Shown here: in pieces, positions 50,051-61,829 of the stretch | Layout of the letters: each line of letters opens with the position of its first letter | How positions within the stretch are numbered: the stretch's first letter is position 1 | Assembly: GCF_004010195.1 (NCBI RefSeq) | Contig: NC_057735.1 | Location: 46,040,514 to 46,104,513 of the forward strand | DNA from: Chiloscyllium plagiosum | Taxonomy: Eukaryota | DNA length: 64,000 bases | Direction of reading: 5' to 3' | Notes under the pieces: generated by a model | What the model saw: only the letters and a program-made list of their open reading frames with translations | Told to the model about the DNA's origin: nothing | Database searches by the model: none | Made by a program: the position numbers and the translations under genes

Positions 50051-51397
50051 TAATGCTGGCCTCAGTGCTCAGGTTGGGGTGACCATAGCTCTTGACCGCA
50101 ATACACTTTAAAAAGAGCTTAAATAGTGAAGAGGTAGCAAGGCTGAAGGTGTAGTTGCTCTTTCATAAATGTAGCTGGATCTCACTACTGGTGACTGTGC
50201 TGTAGAAGTTGGTATGATTTTCAGAGCCACTCTCTTTGATCATTAAGTAATAAAAAGACAATACGCAAAGGGGCAAGGGAATAATTTGGGTAACTCAGAA
50301 GATGTGGTGATTCCCCAGTCATAATACGAAAAGGAGGGTAGGGGCAGGTAGTAGAAGGAGATGTGGGGGTTGGGGGGATGTCACCTGCTGTAAGAATACT
50401 TGAGTATTACTGCTTTCTTGTTCCTGAAAGGAGGAAATTGTAGCAATACCAGGTGCTTGTGTTTGACCAGTGATTTGAGGTTTTATTTGGGTCAGAGGGA
50501 AGGTGATGTTATTGTTTGTTATTGATGTTCTCTTTTTCCATTTGCTGCTCTTACTAAACAAATAACAGCAACACAAAAGCAAAGGCTAAAATTTTCCATA
50601 TATTTCTAAACAACCTGCTTAGTGTTGTGACTACACAATTCCGAAGCAGTTGAGACTTGAGGCAGGGCCTCTGGCTTAAAGGTAGGGACGCTACCACTAC
50701 ACCACAAAGGCTCTTTCCAAGTTCTGCAAGTACAGTTGCAATGAGCATTACCTGCTCTCTGGAGCTTTTATGTTTGGCCTTATAAGGGGTTCTTACGGTG
50801 CAGAGGTAGTGTCTCTACCTATAAGCAGCCCTGGGCTCAAGTAATACTTCCTTCAGAGCTGGGTAATAACAACTCTGAACAAGTTTATTTGAAATAAAAG
50901 TCATATGATTGACCCTTAAAGGGGACTATAAATCCTACATTGGAATAGTAAAGCAAGCTTTCCAACTCGACGCTAAACACTGATAAGGCACCACAGCGTT
51001 TCTGCTACTTGCATTCCAAATTCTGTACCTGCAAATGTACTGTAGAATTGATGTGGTTTAGAAGCTCTTACTAATAATTTTCTTCTGGGTTAGCAAGTTA
51101 TAAGAGATGATTGAACCCAGAGCTATGTAGAGCATTCTGAGCTTCTGAAGATCTTAGGACTGATATTAAAGTGTCCATAACTCAGGACTTCAATACAATC
51201 CTCATAGAAGTGACCACATGCTCTATTGTTGTCTGCAGTCATTCTGTTTCCATCAGACTCCCCTATAACTTGGAGGTGGACTTCTCCAACTTCAACATTA
51301 TGCACCTGCTCCCTAACAGGCTGTCCAGTGCACCAATCAGCTGACAGATTACAACTATCTTCTCTTATGGACTCACCTTTGGAAGTCTTCTAAGCAA

Positions 51398-51728
51398 GGG
51401 CGGCACGGTGGCACAGTGGTTAGCACTGCTGCCTCACAACGCCTGAGACCCGGGTTCAATTCCCGCCTCAGGCGACTGACTGTGTGGAGTTTGCACGTTC
51501 TCCCCGTGTCTGCGTGGGTTTCCTCCGGGTGCTCCGGTTTCCTCCCACAGTCCAAAAGATGTGCAGGGTCAGGTGAATTGGCCATGCTAAATTGCCCGTA
51601 GTGTTAGGTAAGGGGTAAATATAGGGGTATGGGTCGATTTCGCTTTGGCGGGTCGGTGTGGACTTGTTGGGCCGAAGGGCCTGTTTCCACACTGTAATGT
51701 AATCTAATGTAATCTAATCTAATCTAAT
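51398..51728 (+). mobile_element. HE1-type V-SINE, full length
   Basis: A and B boxes, V-domain, CR1-like tail and (TCTAA/TGTAA)n. Confidence 0.95.
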
Positions 51729-51841
51729 CAAAGTGCTAAAATGTGAGCTAATTCTACAGCACCTGGTTCCTTGGTTTTTTTCTCTGCCTTTTCTTGTACT
51801 CAGCAAATCTCCTTTTGAATTGCTAATGAATGTTAACTTTT

Positions 51842-51911
51842 GAGCCAATACTTGCATGAGTAAGAATAATTGATGGGAGCCAATACTTGCATGAGTAAGA
51901 ATAATTGATGG
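51842..51911. repeat. Perfect 35-bp tandem duplication
   Basis: gagccaatacttgcatgagtaagaataattgatgg x2. Confidence 0.95.
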
Positions 51912-52123
51912 TAAACTATAACACACCATCACCAGTAGCATTAGCAATGGATGGCAAAAGCTCACACCAGATAGTAGCAGAAAGTGAGCTCTGTGGCAAT
52001 GCAATACAATTCAAAATAATCTGGGCTTTTTTTTGTTATGAAATTCTCTTGGTAGCTGAATAATGTTGATTTAATGGCAATTTTATATTGAAAATGCATT
52101 CTTATTCTGTTTGTCATGATTAG

Positions 52124-52308
52124 GTTTCTCAAAAGTCTTTTGAAGAAGAATTAGAAAATGCCATGAAGATTATCATTCAGCTTACTGGAGAAAAAGAAAG
52201 CCAAATTGAAGAATTTAATAAAGTTACAACGAACAGTGCATCAACAATTGCTGAACTTCAAAATACAATTGAACATTTGGAGGAATCAGTCAGATCAGAA
52301 CAGCGAAG
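52124..52308 (+). CDS. SYCP1: SYCP1 internal coding exon E (185 nt): VSQKSFEEELENAMKIIIQLTGEKESQIEEFNKVTTNSASTIAELQNTIEHLEESVRSEQR
   Basis: Acceptor catgattag and donor gtaaaa. Clear match to the recalled STQKALEEDLQIATKTICQLTEEKETQMEESNK...LEELLRTEQQR. Confidence 0.95.
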
Positions 52309-52573
52309 GTAAAAAATAAATAAATAATTACTTTGTATTTTTAAACAAAATTTTGTTCCTATGGAATCAAAGCTGTAATAACTATAATTCAGCTAACTAT
52401 TAGGATAGATTTTGCAAACCAGCCTATTCTGAGTATGTTAAATCGGACCAAATCGCGGATGTTTTATTTAACATTGTTTCTTTGGAATAAGCTATGTGAA
52501 GAGTGAAGAAACCAAAGAAGTAAATATTCAGAATGTTTTACAATCTCAGATTCTGGATTTCTTTTAAAAATAG

Positions 52574-52641
52574 ATCCAAACAAATTGAAGAAACTTTAAG
52601 GGTTTCTTCTTTGGAGTTGGAAGAGAAGACATTAGCTCTAG
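52574..52641 (+). CDS. SYCP1: SYCP1 internal coding exon F (68 nt): (R)SKQIEETLRVSSLELEEKTLAL
   Basis: Acceptor aaaaatag and donor gtaatt. AG+A gives Arg across the junction. Aligns with the recalled RLEKNEDQLKILTMELQKKSSEL. Confidence 0.9.
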
Positions 52642-52744
52642 GTAATTAAAAACTGCATTTTAAAATTTATTTTTTAAGAAACATTAAACATATTTATTAT
52701 GGTTACTAATATTACCGTCAGTAAATATAAAACATTTATTTTCA

Positions 52745-53340
52745 AAAGATATTTGAAAATGTGTCACATGAAAGGTTAATGCCCAATGCTGTTGGGGCTG
52801 ATACATTAGCATGTATAGAGGATCAAATAGAAGGTACATCACAGGAAACGGTCAGAAATAAATGGATAATTTTCAAGTTTGCATGTTGGCTTTTCTATTT
52901 ACAATATGTTAATGATTTGAATGAAGGTATTGCATCCAATAGTAATAGTAAAATAAGTAAGAATGAAAATTGTGAGCATGATACAAAGAGTGAAAAGGAA
53001 TATAAATAAAGTGACCTGCTGACAAAATCTGTGAGACAGGAAAACTGAGGTTATGCATTTTGTCAAGAAAATCAGAAAAGCTGAATATCATTTAGGATGG
53101 AATCAAATCAGAGAAATTTCCAAATTCTGATGTATAGAGAGATCTGAATGTGTTGTACATGAATCACAAAGTCTGAGCTTCTAAATATCTATGTAATTAG
53201 ACATATGGGATGTTGATCTTTATTATAATGGGAATGGATTATAAAAGTTAGGAAGTCTTGCTCCAACTATACAGGACATTCTGGAGATTGTATTTAGACA
53301 ACTGTGTACAGTTTTGTGGTCTCCTTGACTAAGCTCAGAC
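52745..53340 (+). mobile_element. Old CR1 RT fragment (probably continuing at 57095-57555)
   Basis: ttcaaaag.tatttga.aa.gtgtcacat (FQKAFD.V.H type) and LLQLYRT....LD.CVQFCGL remnants. Confidence 0.7.
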
Positions 53341-53359
53341 AAAGGTTTACGAGACTGAA

Positions 53360-54353
53360 TATATATGCTGAAGACAGAGTGGGATGGTGGGGCAAAGGTG
53401 TAAATGAAGGTGGAGATAGAATCCAGAGAGACAATGCAGCAGTTATACAAAGGCTTGGATAATGGTGAGCTGGGGAAAAAGAAAAGCTGATAATGGGAGC
53501 CATTTATTAATAGGAGAAAGTGAGGACTGCAGATGCTGGAGATCAGAGTTGAAAAGCGTGACACTGGAAAAGCATAGCAGGTCAGGCAAGCATCCGAGGA
53601 GCAGGAAAGTCGAATGTGGAGGCAGAGGGAAAGGGAACTGAGGGTGGGGTGGGGTGGGGGATAGCTGGGAAGATAATCAAATAAATGCAAGTGGGAGGGT
53701 GATAATGATAGATCAGAGTGGAGGGTGGATCAGATGGATGGGAAGGAAGATGGACAGGTAGGACAGTTCAAGAGGGCGGTGTCAAGTTGCAGGGTTGGAT
53801 CAGGGATGAGGTGGGGGGAGGGGAGATAAGGAAACTGGTGATATCAATGTTGATGCTGTATGGTTGAAGCGTGACAAGGCACAAGATGAAGCATTCTTCC
53901 TCCAGTCATCAGGTGTCTTGGGTTCGGTGGTGGAGGAGACCCAGAACTTGCATGTCGTTGGCAGAATGGGAGGGAGAGTTAAAGTGGTTGACCACAGGGC
54001 GCTGGGGTTGATTGGTGCGTGAGTCTCGGAGATATTCCCTGCAATGTTCCGCGCGTTGGTATCCTGTCTCCCCATTGTAGAGGAACCCACATCAAGAGCA
54101 ATGGACACAGTGGATGAGGTGATTGGATGTGCAGGAAAATCTCTGCTGATGTGAAAAGATCCTTTGGGACCTTGGATGGAGGTGAGGCAGTGAGGTGTGG
54201 GTGCAGGTTTTACACCTCTTGTGGCGGCAAGGGACGGTGCCAGGAATGGAGGGTAATTGGTGGGAGGGAGGGCTTGGACCTAACGAGGGAGTCATGGATG
54301 GAATGATCTATGTGGAACATAGATAAGGATGGGGAGGGAAATATATCTCTGGT
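53360..54353 (-). mobile_element. Neptune-type PLE 3' part with a family A terminal repeat
   Basis: GTVPCRHKRCKTC and FSCTSNHLIHCVHCS..G....G.T GIY-YIG remnants; terminal repeat at 53512-53615. Confidence 0.85.
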
Positions 54354-54989
54354 TCAAAGTTTGTGCGAAGATTTGTAGCTCGGGTGCTCGTTGTTGTGGT
54401 TATGTTCGCCGAGCTGGGAATTTCTGGTGCAGATATTTTGCCCCCTGTCTCGGTGACATCCTCAGTGCTTGGGATCCTCCTGTGAAACGCTTCTGTGATG
54501 TTTCCTCCGGCATTTGTAGTGGTTTGAATCTGCCGCTTCCGGTTGTCAGTTCCAGCTGTCCTTTTGTGGCTAGTTGGTGTTCATGGATGCGGATCGTTAG
54601 CTGTCTTCCTGTTTGTCCTATGTAGTGTTTTGTGCAGTCCTTGCATGGGATTTTGTACACTACATTGGTTTTGCTCATGCTGGGTATTGGACAACACTAC
54701 TATTATAGGCCAAGCCAAACAGGGAACAGTCAGGGAATTCCTAGAGGCTTGGCACTCATCCACAGATGCAATCAATAAGCACATTGACCTGGACCCTATA
54801 TACCGACCACTGCAGCGGACAGCTGGAACTGACAACCGGAAGCGGCAGATTCAAACCACTACAAATGCCGGAGGAATTATCACAGAAGCGCTTCACAGGA
54901 GGCTCCCAAGCACTGAGGATGTCACCTAGACAGGGGACGAAACGTCTGCACCCAGAAATTCCCAGCTCGGCAAACAGAACCACAACAAC
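54354..54989. mobile_element. PLE family B insertion with a twin inverted structure; intact + strand hammerhead at 54910-54949
   Basis: Minus arm 54354-54687 (GIY-YIG NVVYKIPCKDCTKHYIGQTGRQLTIRIHEH) and plus arm 54688-54989. 13-bp TSD atatatctctggt at 54341-54353 and 54990-55002. Core gca-CTGAGGA-t-gtcacct-agac-aggggac-GAAA-cg-TC-tgc. Confidence 0.92.
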
Positions 54990-55319
54990 ATATATCTCTG
55001 GTGGTGGGGTCATTCATTAGTAGGTGAAAATGGGTTGATGATAAGCCAGGATGTGGGGACGTGTAAAGGAAATGGAATAAGTTGTTCAGGCCCTAAAATT
55101 ATTAAACATGATTTTTAGTCCTGAAGGCTGCAGTGTTCCCAAGTGGAAAATGAGATGCTCTTCTTTAAACTTGCACTGAGTTCTGATGAAGCATTGCAGC
55201 AGGTCTGAAACATTGTTGGCTGGTGAACATGGTGATGCATTGAAGTGGCAGGCATCCAGAAACTTGGGGTAATTATTACAGAGAAAATGTAAGTCTTCAA
55301 CAAAGCACTCAGCCAGTCA

Positions 55320-57090
55320 ACATTTTATCTCCCCTCTCTATGGGGTTGGGGACTGTGAGCTTGGGGGCTGTGGTTGCAAGATCCCCAGATAAGAATTTTG
55401 AGTTTATGGGCACTAGCCAACCCTCTTCATGATGGGTGTGCAACCCCTTTATACTTGCATCAGGATGATCTTGGAGCTCTCCACTTCTTCCTGATAAAAA
55501 GGCCTGAACCATCCCCATTTACCATCTCCCTCCTCTGCCTGGCTGAGTTTGTCCTCAGTTTGAACAGCTTTTCCTTTGACTGCTCTCGCTTTCTTCAGTT
55601 CAAAGGTGCGTACCTGCATGGGCTCCAATAATGCTTGCTCTCTTTGTGGGGTTCATTGAACAATCCTTGTTCCAATCCTATTCAGGTCCCCTGAAAAATG
55701 TTTTCTCTGGTACATTGATGACATCACCGGTGCTGCTTCTCCCTTTCATCTGGAATCAGAAAACAATGATCACATTCACTTCTATTTTCTACCTGCTTTC
55801 ACCTGCACCTGATCCATCTCTGACACCTCCTTTCCCTTCCTCGGCTTTCTTTTTCCATTTCTGGTGTTAGACTGGCCACTAATATCCACTACAAGCCTGA
55901 TTCCTCCTGTTGTCTGGACTATGCATCCTCACACCTTGTTTCCTGTAGACTCCATTCCATTGTCCGGTGTCTCAGTTGCATCTGTTCTGGTGATGCCACC
56001 TTCCACAAGAGGTCTTAGAAATGTTCATCTTTTTCCTCAATCAAGGATTCCTCATCACCGTGGTTGACAGGGCCCTCAGCTGTGTCAGACCCATAGTTTG
56101 CATTCCAGCCCTCAACTCTTGTCTTCCTTTCCACTACACCAAAGGATTCCCTGGTCCTCACTTTCCACATCTACATCCAAAAGATCATTAGCCACATTTC
56201 CCCCACTTCAAGCCAGATGCAATTCACAGATAGGTTTCATTCTGTTCCCTTTTCAGTATTCCATAGGGATTGTTCCATCCAGGACATCCTGGTTCACTCC
56301 TCTACTCCACACACCTCACGGTTCCTTCCCATTTAATCATAGAAGGACTAACTCCTGTCTGTTTCCTTCCTCCCTCCTCAGGTGAGGCAGTGATTTACCT
56401 GCACTAGACTCAATATGGTCTCTGTATTTGCTGCTCACAATGTGGTTTCCTCTATGTTGGAAGACGAAACACAGACTTAGCAAACATGTTGCAAAACATC
56501 TACATATTATACACAAACATAACCTCATCTTCTAGTTATCTGCCACTTCAACACACCACTGTGTTCCCTGACCAGCATTTCTGACATGGGCCTACTGCTG
56601 TGCCCCAGTGAGGCTTAGCACAAACTGGAGAAACAGCATCTCATTTTCTGCTTGGGGTTCCTGCAGTCTTTAGGACTCAAAATTGAGTTCAATGATTTTA
56701 GGGCCTATTCACAACTACACTCCAGGCCCTGTCATCACATGGCTGCTTTCATCATAGCCGACCCATTTTCACCTACTAATGATTCCAATTATCAGCTTTT
56801 CTTTCTCTCTGGTTTGCCATTATTTATCCCTTTGCCTAACTCCTATTATCTCCCTCTGGTCTCCATCTCCTATTATCTCCTTCTAGACTCCATCTCCACC
56901 TATCATTTATTCCTTTACCCCAACTGCTGTCTTCAGCACTTTTCCCCACCTATATCCAGTCCTGAAGAAGTGTCACAGGATCCAAAACTTTGACCGTGCT
57001 TTCTCTCCACAGATGCTGCCAGACCTGCTGAATTTCTCAGCAATTTCAGTTTTTGTTTCAGACTTACAGCATTTGCAGTTCTTTGCTTTT
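55320..57090 (+). mobile_element. Neptune-type PLE (RT, GIY-YIG, decayed terminal repeat), preceded by an inverted segment at about 55040-55300
   Basis: YIDD RT motif at 55711-55722; LFVGFIEQSLF; C.QCG.LYVG.TK; ctgaagaag...acagatgctgccagacctgctg tail. Confidence 0.85.
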
Positions 57091-57094
57091 TTTT

Positions 57095-57555
57095 TGCAAG
57101 GCTGATTCCTGGGGTGAAGGGGTTGTCATGAAGAAAAACTGAGTAGGTTGGACTTTTACACATTGGAGTTTAGAAGAATGAGAAAACGTTTGGTTGAAAA
57201 TACAAGATCCTGTGAGAGATTAGTGGAGTGGATGTTAAGATGTTTCACTTCAATGGAGATCAAGAACATTGGGACACAGTTTAAAAGAATGGGCCTCACA
57301 TTTAAGATGGAAATGAGGAATTTCTTCTCTCAAAGGGTTGCTGTCCTTTGAAATTATCTTCCACAGAGAGCAGTAGAAGTTGGGTCATTAAATAGCTAAT
57401 TGAATTGTACACATTTTGGAAGTACGAGGGAGCTGATAGTCAAAGGTGGCAGGCAGGATAATGGAATTCAGGCCACAATCATGTTAGACATGATCTTTTT
57501 GAATAGCAGAGGCATCTCAATGGACTACTGCTCCTTTTTCTTTTGATCTTATGAG
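57095..57555 (+). mobile_element. CR1 LINE 3' fragment
   Basis: LEFRRMR...FKMEMRNFFSQRV motif and 3' UTR. Confidence 0.8.
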
Positions 57556-59199
57556 TACACAGGAGAATTGTCTTTTACAGTTACTACACTAACAACTTGG
57601 TTTTGTATATAACTTACATTATGCTATTTGTTATCCGTTTATTTCAGTTCTAATTGCTATGAAATAGTGGATCAACATGTGATGACTGAAGTCACCTGAT
57701 TGCTGTACCTGCTAATAATGATTTTTCTTATCAGGCAGGTGAAGAAAGTAAAGCAGAAACGTTTTTAACATGCACTAGTTAAAATTACTGCACTAGTGAG
57801 CTTAGCAATTCTCATACATGTGTTTTGTAAAACTAGAAGTATAGGCCTCTATGCACTCAGCATTAAAATTCAAATTCTGCAGGAGTGCAAGTATTGGAGG
57901 TAGTATTTAATGCATTACCTGGCTTAATTGGATATCACCAAATCCTGATTATTGTATTAATCCCACTTTAGGTTCCCTGTGTACTCTTTTTCTGAAGAGG
58001 TTTAGGTTGACTTGGTTTTCTGAAGAGCTTTATATTCACCGAGTACTTGGAACTGTTACTAGGAGGCTTATAGCTTTTTGTTGAAGAACTTGCAGTTGAA
58101 AGCTAGGTTGCTGTAATAATGAGACTTAATGTTGAGTTTTCAAAATATGTTTTAGATTGGGGAGAGGAGAGGAATTAGGCTAGTGTCAGGCAATATACTG
58201 GTTTTTCAGAAATCAGCTTTAGAAGCAGCATGTACACTGCAGAGATTGACCAAGGCTTCTTAGGCAGCACATTCCAAACCCAAATCCAGACTAAAAAGCA
58301 CACAGAATTCTCCAATTTACCTAACGTTCAGCTCTGGATTGATGGAAAATATGGACTGAGTTTTGTACTGAACAATAATTACTATTTTATAAATAAGTAA
58401 GCTCTAGCCGACTCTACTATTTAAAACTCAAAGCCTCTTGTAAAATTCCTCTCTACACAAACATATAGACAGGCACGTAAACAGAATGAATGTAATAGGC
58501 AGAGGGAAAGGCATAGAAGGCAGTTCGGTGGTTCCTGCCCATAGGCATTGCTGACATCATTATTTCTTTCTCCATATACTTCCAATTGTTTGCAAGTGGG
58601 AGAGGAACTGCTCCACACTTACGAGGGTTTTTGATTTATCAAAGCTACAGTTTACAGCAACTGGAAAAGGGAAATAAACTGGCTATTTTCAGACTTGAGT
58701 TTGCTTTACTGCAGAGGAAGGAACAAGCTTTTGCTTTTACAAAGCTTCGATTCCTTCTGCAAAATATTCATAGCCCTAAGCTGTTCAGCTTCCTTGGAGT
58801 CAATCACGTATTTGGTACAGGTCCTTGTCATCGATAACAGATCACTGGAATGAACTAGTTTTGCCAGCCAAAGTTTCATTTGTACACTCCCCTTGGCTCT
58901 AGCTTGTATGCAAACTAGACTTCCACTACTGCTTGAAAAGTAGTTGTGTAAACAGTACTTAAAATGAGTGTCCGGTTATTTGCTTTTAAAAAAGGCAGGA
59001 ATCCTTCAACATTAGTTTTTAAAACAGATCTTATCGCATTCCAGTCTACAATCAAAACTACAGACAAACAAAAATGTAAGGTCTTTACAAACCTCCACCA
59101 TTAAAAAAAACTGTAATAATATTTTTAGAAGTTTCATTATGAAATATGTAATATATAAATAAACGGCAAGACCTGCATCCATATATTCTTTCTTGCCCT

Positions 59200-59522
59200 G
59201 GTAGTGATTGTAATGAGGTCAGCCAGCTGGACCTCACAGAATATGGGTTTCCTAATTGGCACTGTTAACCTGATCCAATCAGGGATGCGTGACTGACATA
59301 AAAGTCACAACCACCTGATGAAGGAGCAGAAAAGCTAGTGCTTCCAAATACACCTGCTGGACTATAAACTGATGTTGTGTGACTTTTAACTTTGGACATA
59401 AAAGGATAAATGTCAGGGATCTTGAGCCCTGAATGCCTGACACAGTGAGAGATAGTGGTATTGTCAAAGACTGCATTTGTAAATAAAGGGTGATTGATGC
59501 AGGCCTCTGAAGAGTTGTTTCA
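59200..59522 (+). mobile_element. Solo LTR related to the 5051-8189 Gypsy LTRs, carrying a family C terminal-repeat insertion (59305-59394)
   Basis: gtagtgattgtaatgaggtcagccag...aaataaagggtga...gttgtttca matches the reverse complement of 7832-8189. The insertion is flanked by gacataaaag at 59295-59304 and 59395-59404. Confidence 0.8.
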
Positions 59523-60003
59523 ACTGCGACGAAAATAAAGCATTATCCTTAAGAAATCTGTTTGCTGCAGTCGTTTTGAAGTTGCTGTAAGCATTTTCTT
59601 ACATCATGCCTCTGTTCCAGAAGCTTGATTTGCTCAACCTGACTGTTGAGGACTGAGCCCAGTATGTGGAAAGAATGTTATTTTTTTCCTCTGGCTTTGG
59701 CAGATGGAAAACAATGAGTAATTCTCCTGACAGCCTGTGCAGCTGCAGCTTTTCATATACTAATCTAAGTGCATTTTAAAAGTCGTAATTATGCCAGCAT
59801 CCACCATTTCCTCAGGAAGCTCATTCCACACACGCACCACCCTCTATGTAGAAATATTGCACCCATGTTTTCTTTTTTACTCTCCTGCCACCTTAAAAGC
59901 ATGCTCCCCAGTTGTGAAATCCCTCATTGTTGGGAAACAACATCTACCATTAACTGTATTTATAGCCTTCCTTCATTTGTAAACCTCTTCAAGTTCACCT
60001 CTC

Positions 60004-61460
60004 AGGAGAAAGTGAGGACTGCAGATGCTGGAGATCAGAATCGAAAAGGACAGCATCCGAGAAGCAGGAGAATTGAAGTTTCATAAGCTCTTTGTCAGGA
60101 ATGAGGGGTTGGCCCAAGAGGGTCGAGAGATTAGATTACTTACAGTGTGGAAACAGGCCCTTCGGCCCAACCAGTCCACACCGACCCGCTGAAGCGCAAC
60201 CCACCCATACCCCTACATTTACCCCTTTACCTAACACTACGGGCAATTTAGCATGGCCAATTCACCTGACCTGCACATCTTTGGACTGTGGGAGGAAACC
60301 GGAGCACCCGGAGGAAACCCACGCAGACACGGGGAGAATGTGCAAACTCCACACAGTCAGTCGCCTGAGGCGGGAATTGAACCCGGGTCTCTGGTGCTGT
60401 GAGGCAGCAGTGCTAACCACTGTGCCACCGTGCCGCCCTAAATGGGATAAATGGGAGGGGTGTGTGGGGCTGGGTGGAAGGTAGCTGAGAATGCAAAAGA
60501 TAGTTGGAGGTGGGGGGGAATGGTGATAGGTCAGAAAGGTGGTTGGAGCAGATAGATGGGAATGAAGGTGAACAGGTAAGACAGTTCAAGAGGGCAGTGC
60601 CAAGTTGGAAGATTGGATCTAGGATAAGAGGGGAAATGAAGAAACTGGTGAAATCTACATTGATCCTGTATGGTTGGAGGGTCCCAAGGCGGAGGATGAG
60701 GTGTTCTTCCTCCAGGTGTCAGGTGGCTAGAGTTTGGCGGTGGGGGAGGCCCAGGACTTGCATGTTCTTGGTGGAGTAGGTGGAGTAGGTGGGGCAGTTA
60801 AACTATTTGGCCACAGGTCAGTGGGGTTGTTTAGTGTGGGTGTCCTAGAGATGTTCTCTGAAACATTCTGCAAGTTGGCATCCTGTCTCCCTGATGTAGA
60901 GGAGATCACATTGAGAGCAACAGACACAGTAGATGACTTGTGTGGAAGTACAGGTAAATTTCTGCCGGATATGAAAGGATCCTTTGGGGCCTTGGACAGA
61001 GGTGTGGGCACAGATTTTGCATTTCTTGCGGTGCAAAGGGAAGGTGCCGGCTGTGGAGGGTGGGTTGGTTGGGCCATGGACCTAACAAGGGAATCGCGGA
61101 AGCAATGGTCTCCTAATAGAGGTGAGGAGGGAAATATATCCCTGGTGCTGGGTTCTGTTTTTGGTGATGGAAATGGCAGAGGATGATGCATTGTATCTGG
61201 AGGTTGGTGGGATGGAAGTTGAAGGGGGGGGAGGAACTCTGTCCTCGTTGCAATTGGAGGGGTGGAGTTCAAGGGTGGAGGTGCAGGAAGTGGAGGAATT
61301 GTGCTAGAGGGCATCATCGACCACGTGGGAGGGGAAATTGGGGTCCTTGAAGAAGGAGGCCATCTGAGATGTTCTATGGTGGAATTGGTCCTCCTGGGAG
61401 CAGATGCAATGGAGGCGGAGGAATTTTAAGGGACAGTGTTTTTACAGGAGGCAGGATGGG
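60004..61460 (-). mobile_element. Neptune-type PLE 3' part, interrupted by an HE1 SINE
   Basis: HRKKCKICAH...GPKGSFHIRQKFTCTSTQVIYCVCCSQCDLLYIRETGCQLAECFREHL; decayed family A terminal repeat at 60004-60100. Confidence 0.9.
60128..60438 (-). mobile_element. HE1-type V-SINE, full length
   Basis: Reverse complement of the HE1 copies at 20217 and 51398. Confidence 0.95.
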
Positions 61461-61829
61461 TCTGGTTACACTACTCCAGATGAGGCCTCACCAATTTCCT
61501 GTACAAGCTCAAAATGACATCTTAACTTCTATACTTACGACTTCAGCTCGGCTGAAAACCCATACCTAGGGAACCTTTGTAGGTTAAGGGTACAACCTCT
61601 GTTCTGGTTTCCTTTGGAAGGCAGTTGGCTTGGCTACCAGTAATTTTAGTAGAAGGCTCAGGCCCAAGTTTAATGGGGAGAAATTGGTTGCGAGAGATTC
61701 ACCTATATTGGCTCAAAATGTTTGGATTTGAAAATGGCGTTTACTCAAAAGACTAAGCAGTGAAGGCAGGTGTGCTAAATGCCTTTAAACCTTCCCTTAA
61801 AGGGTTGCTTAGAGACCATCCAGTATGTG

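Noticed and set aside
57720-57770. Candidate next SYCP1 exon after exon F
   Set aside because: No resemblance to the expected following segment and no convincing donor. The next exon probably lies beyond the window.
58270-59090. Possible additional solo LTR (ends ggtctttaca)
   Set aside because: I could not identify the other terminus or a TSD, so it is not called.
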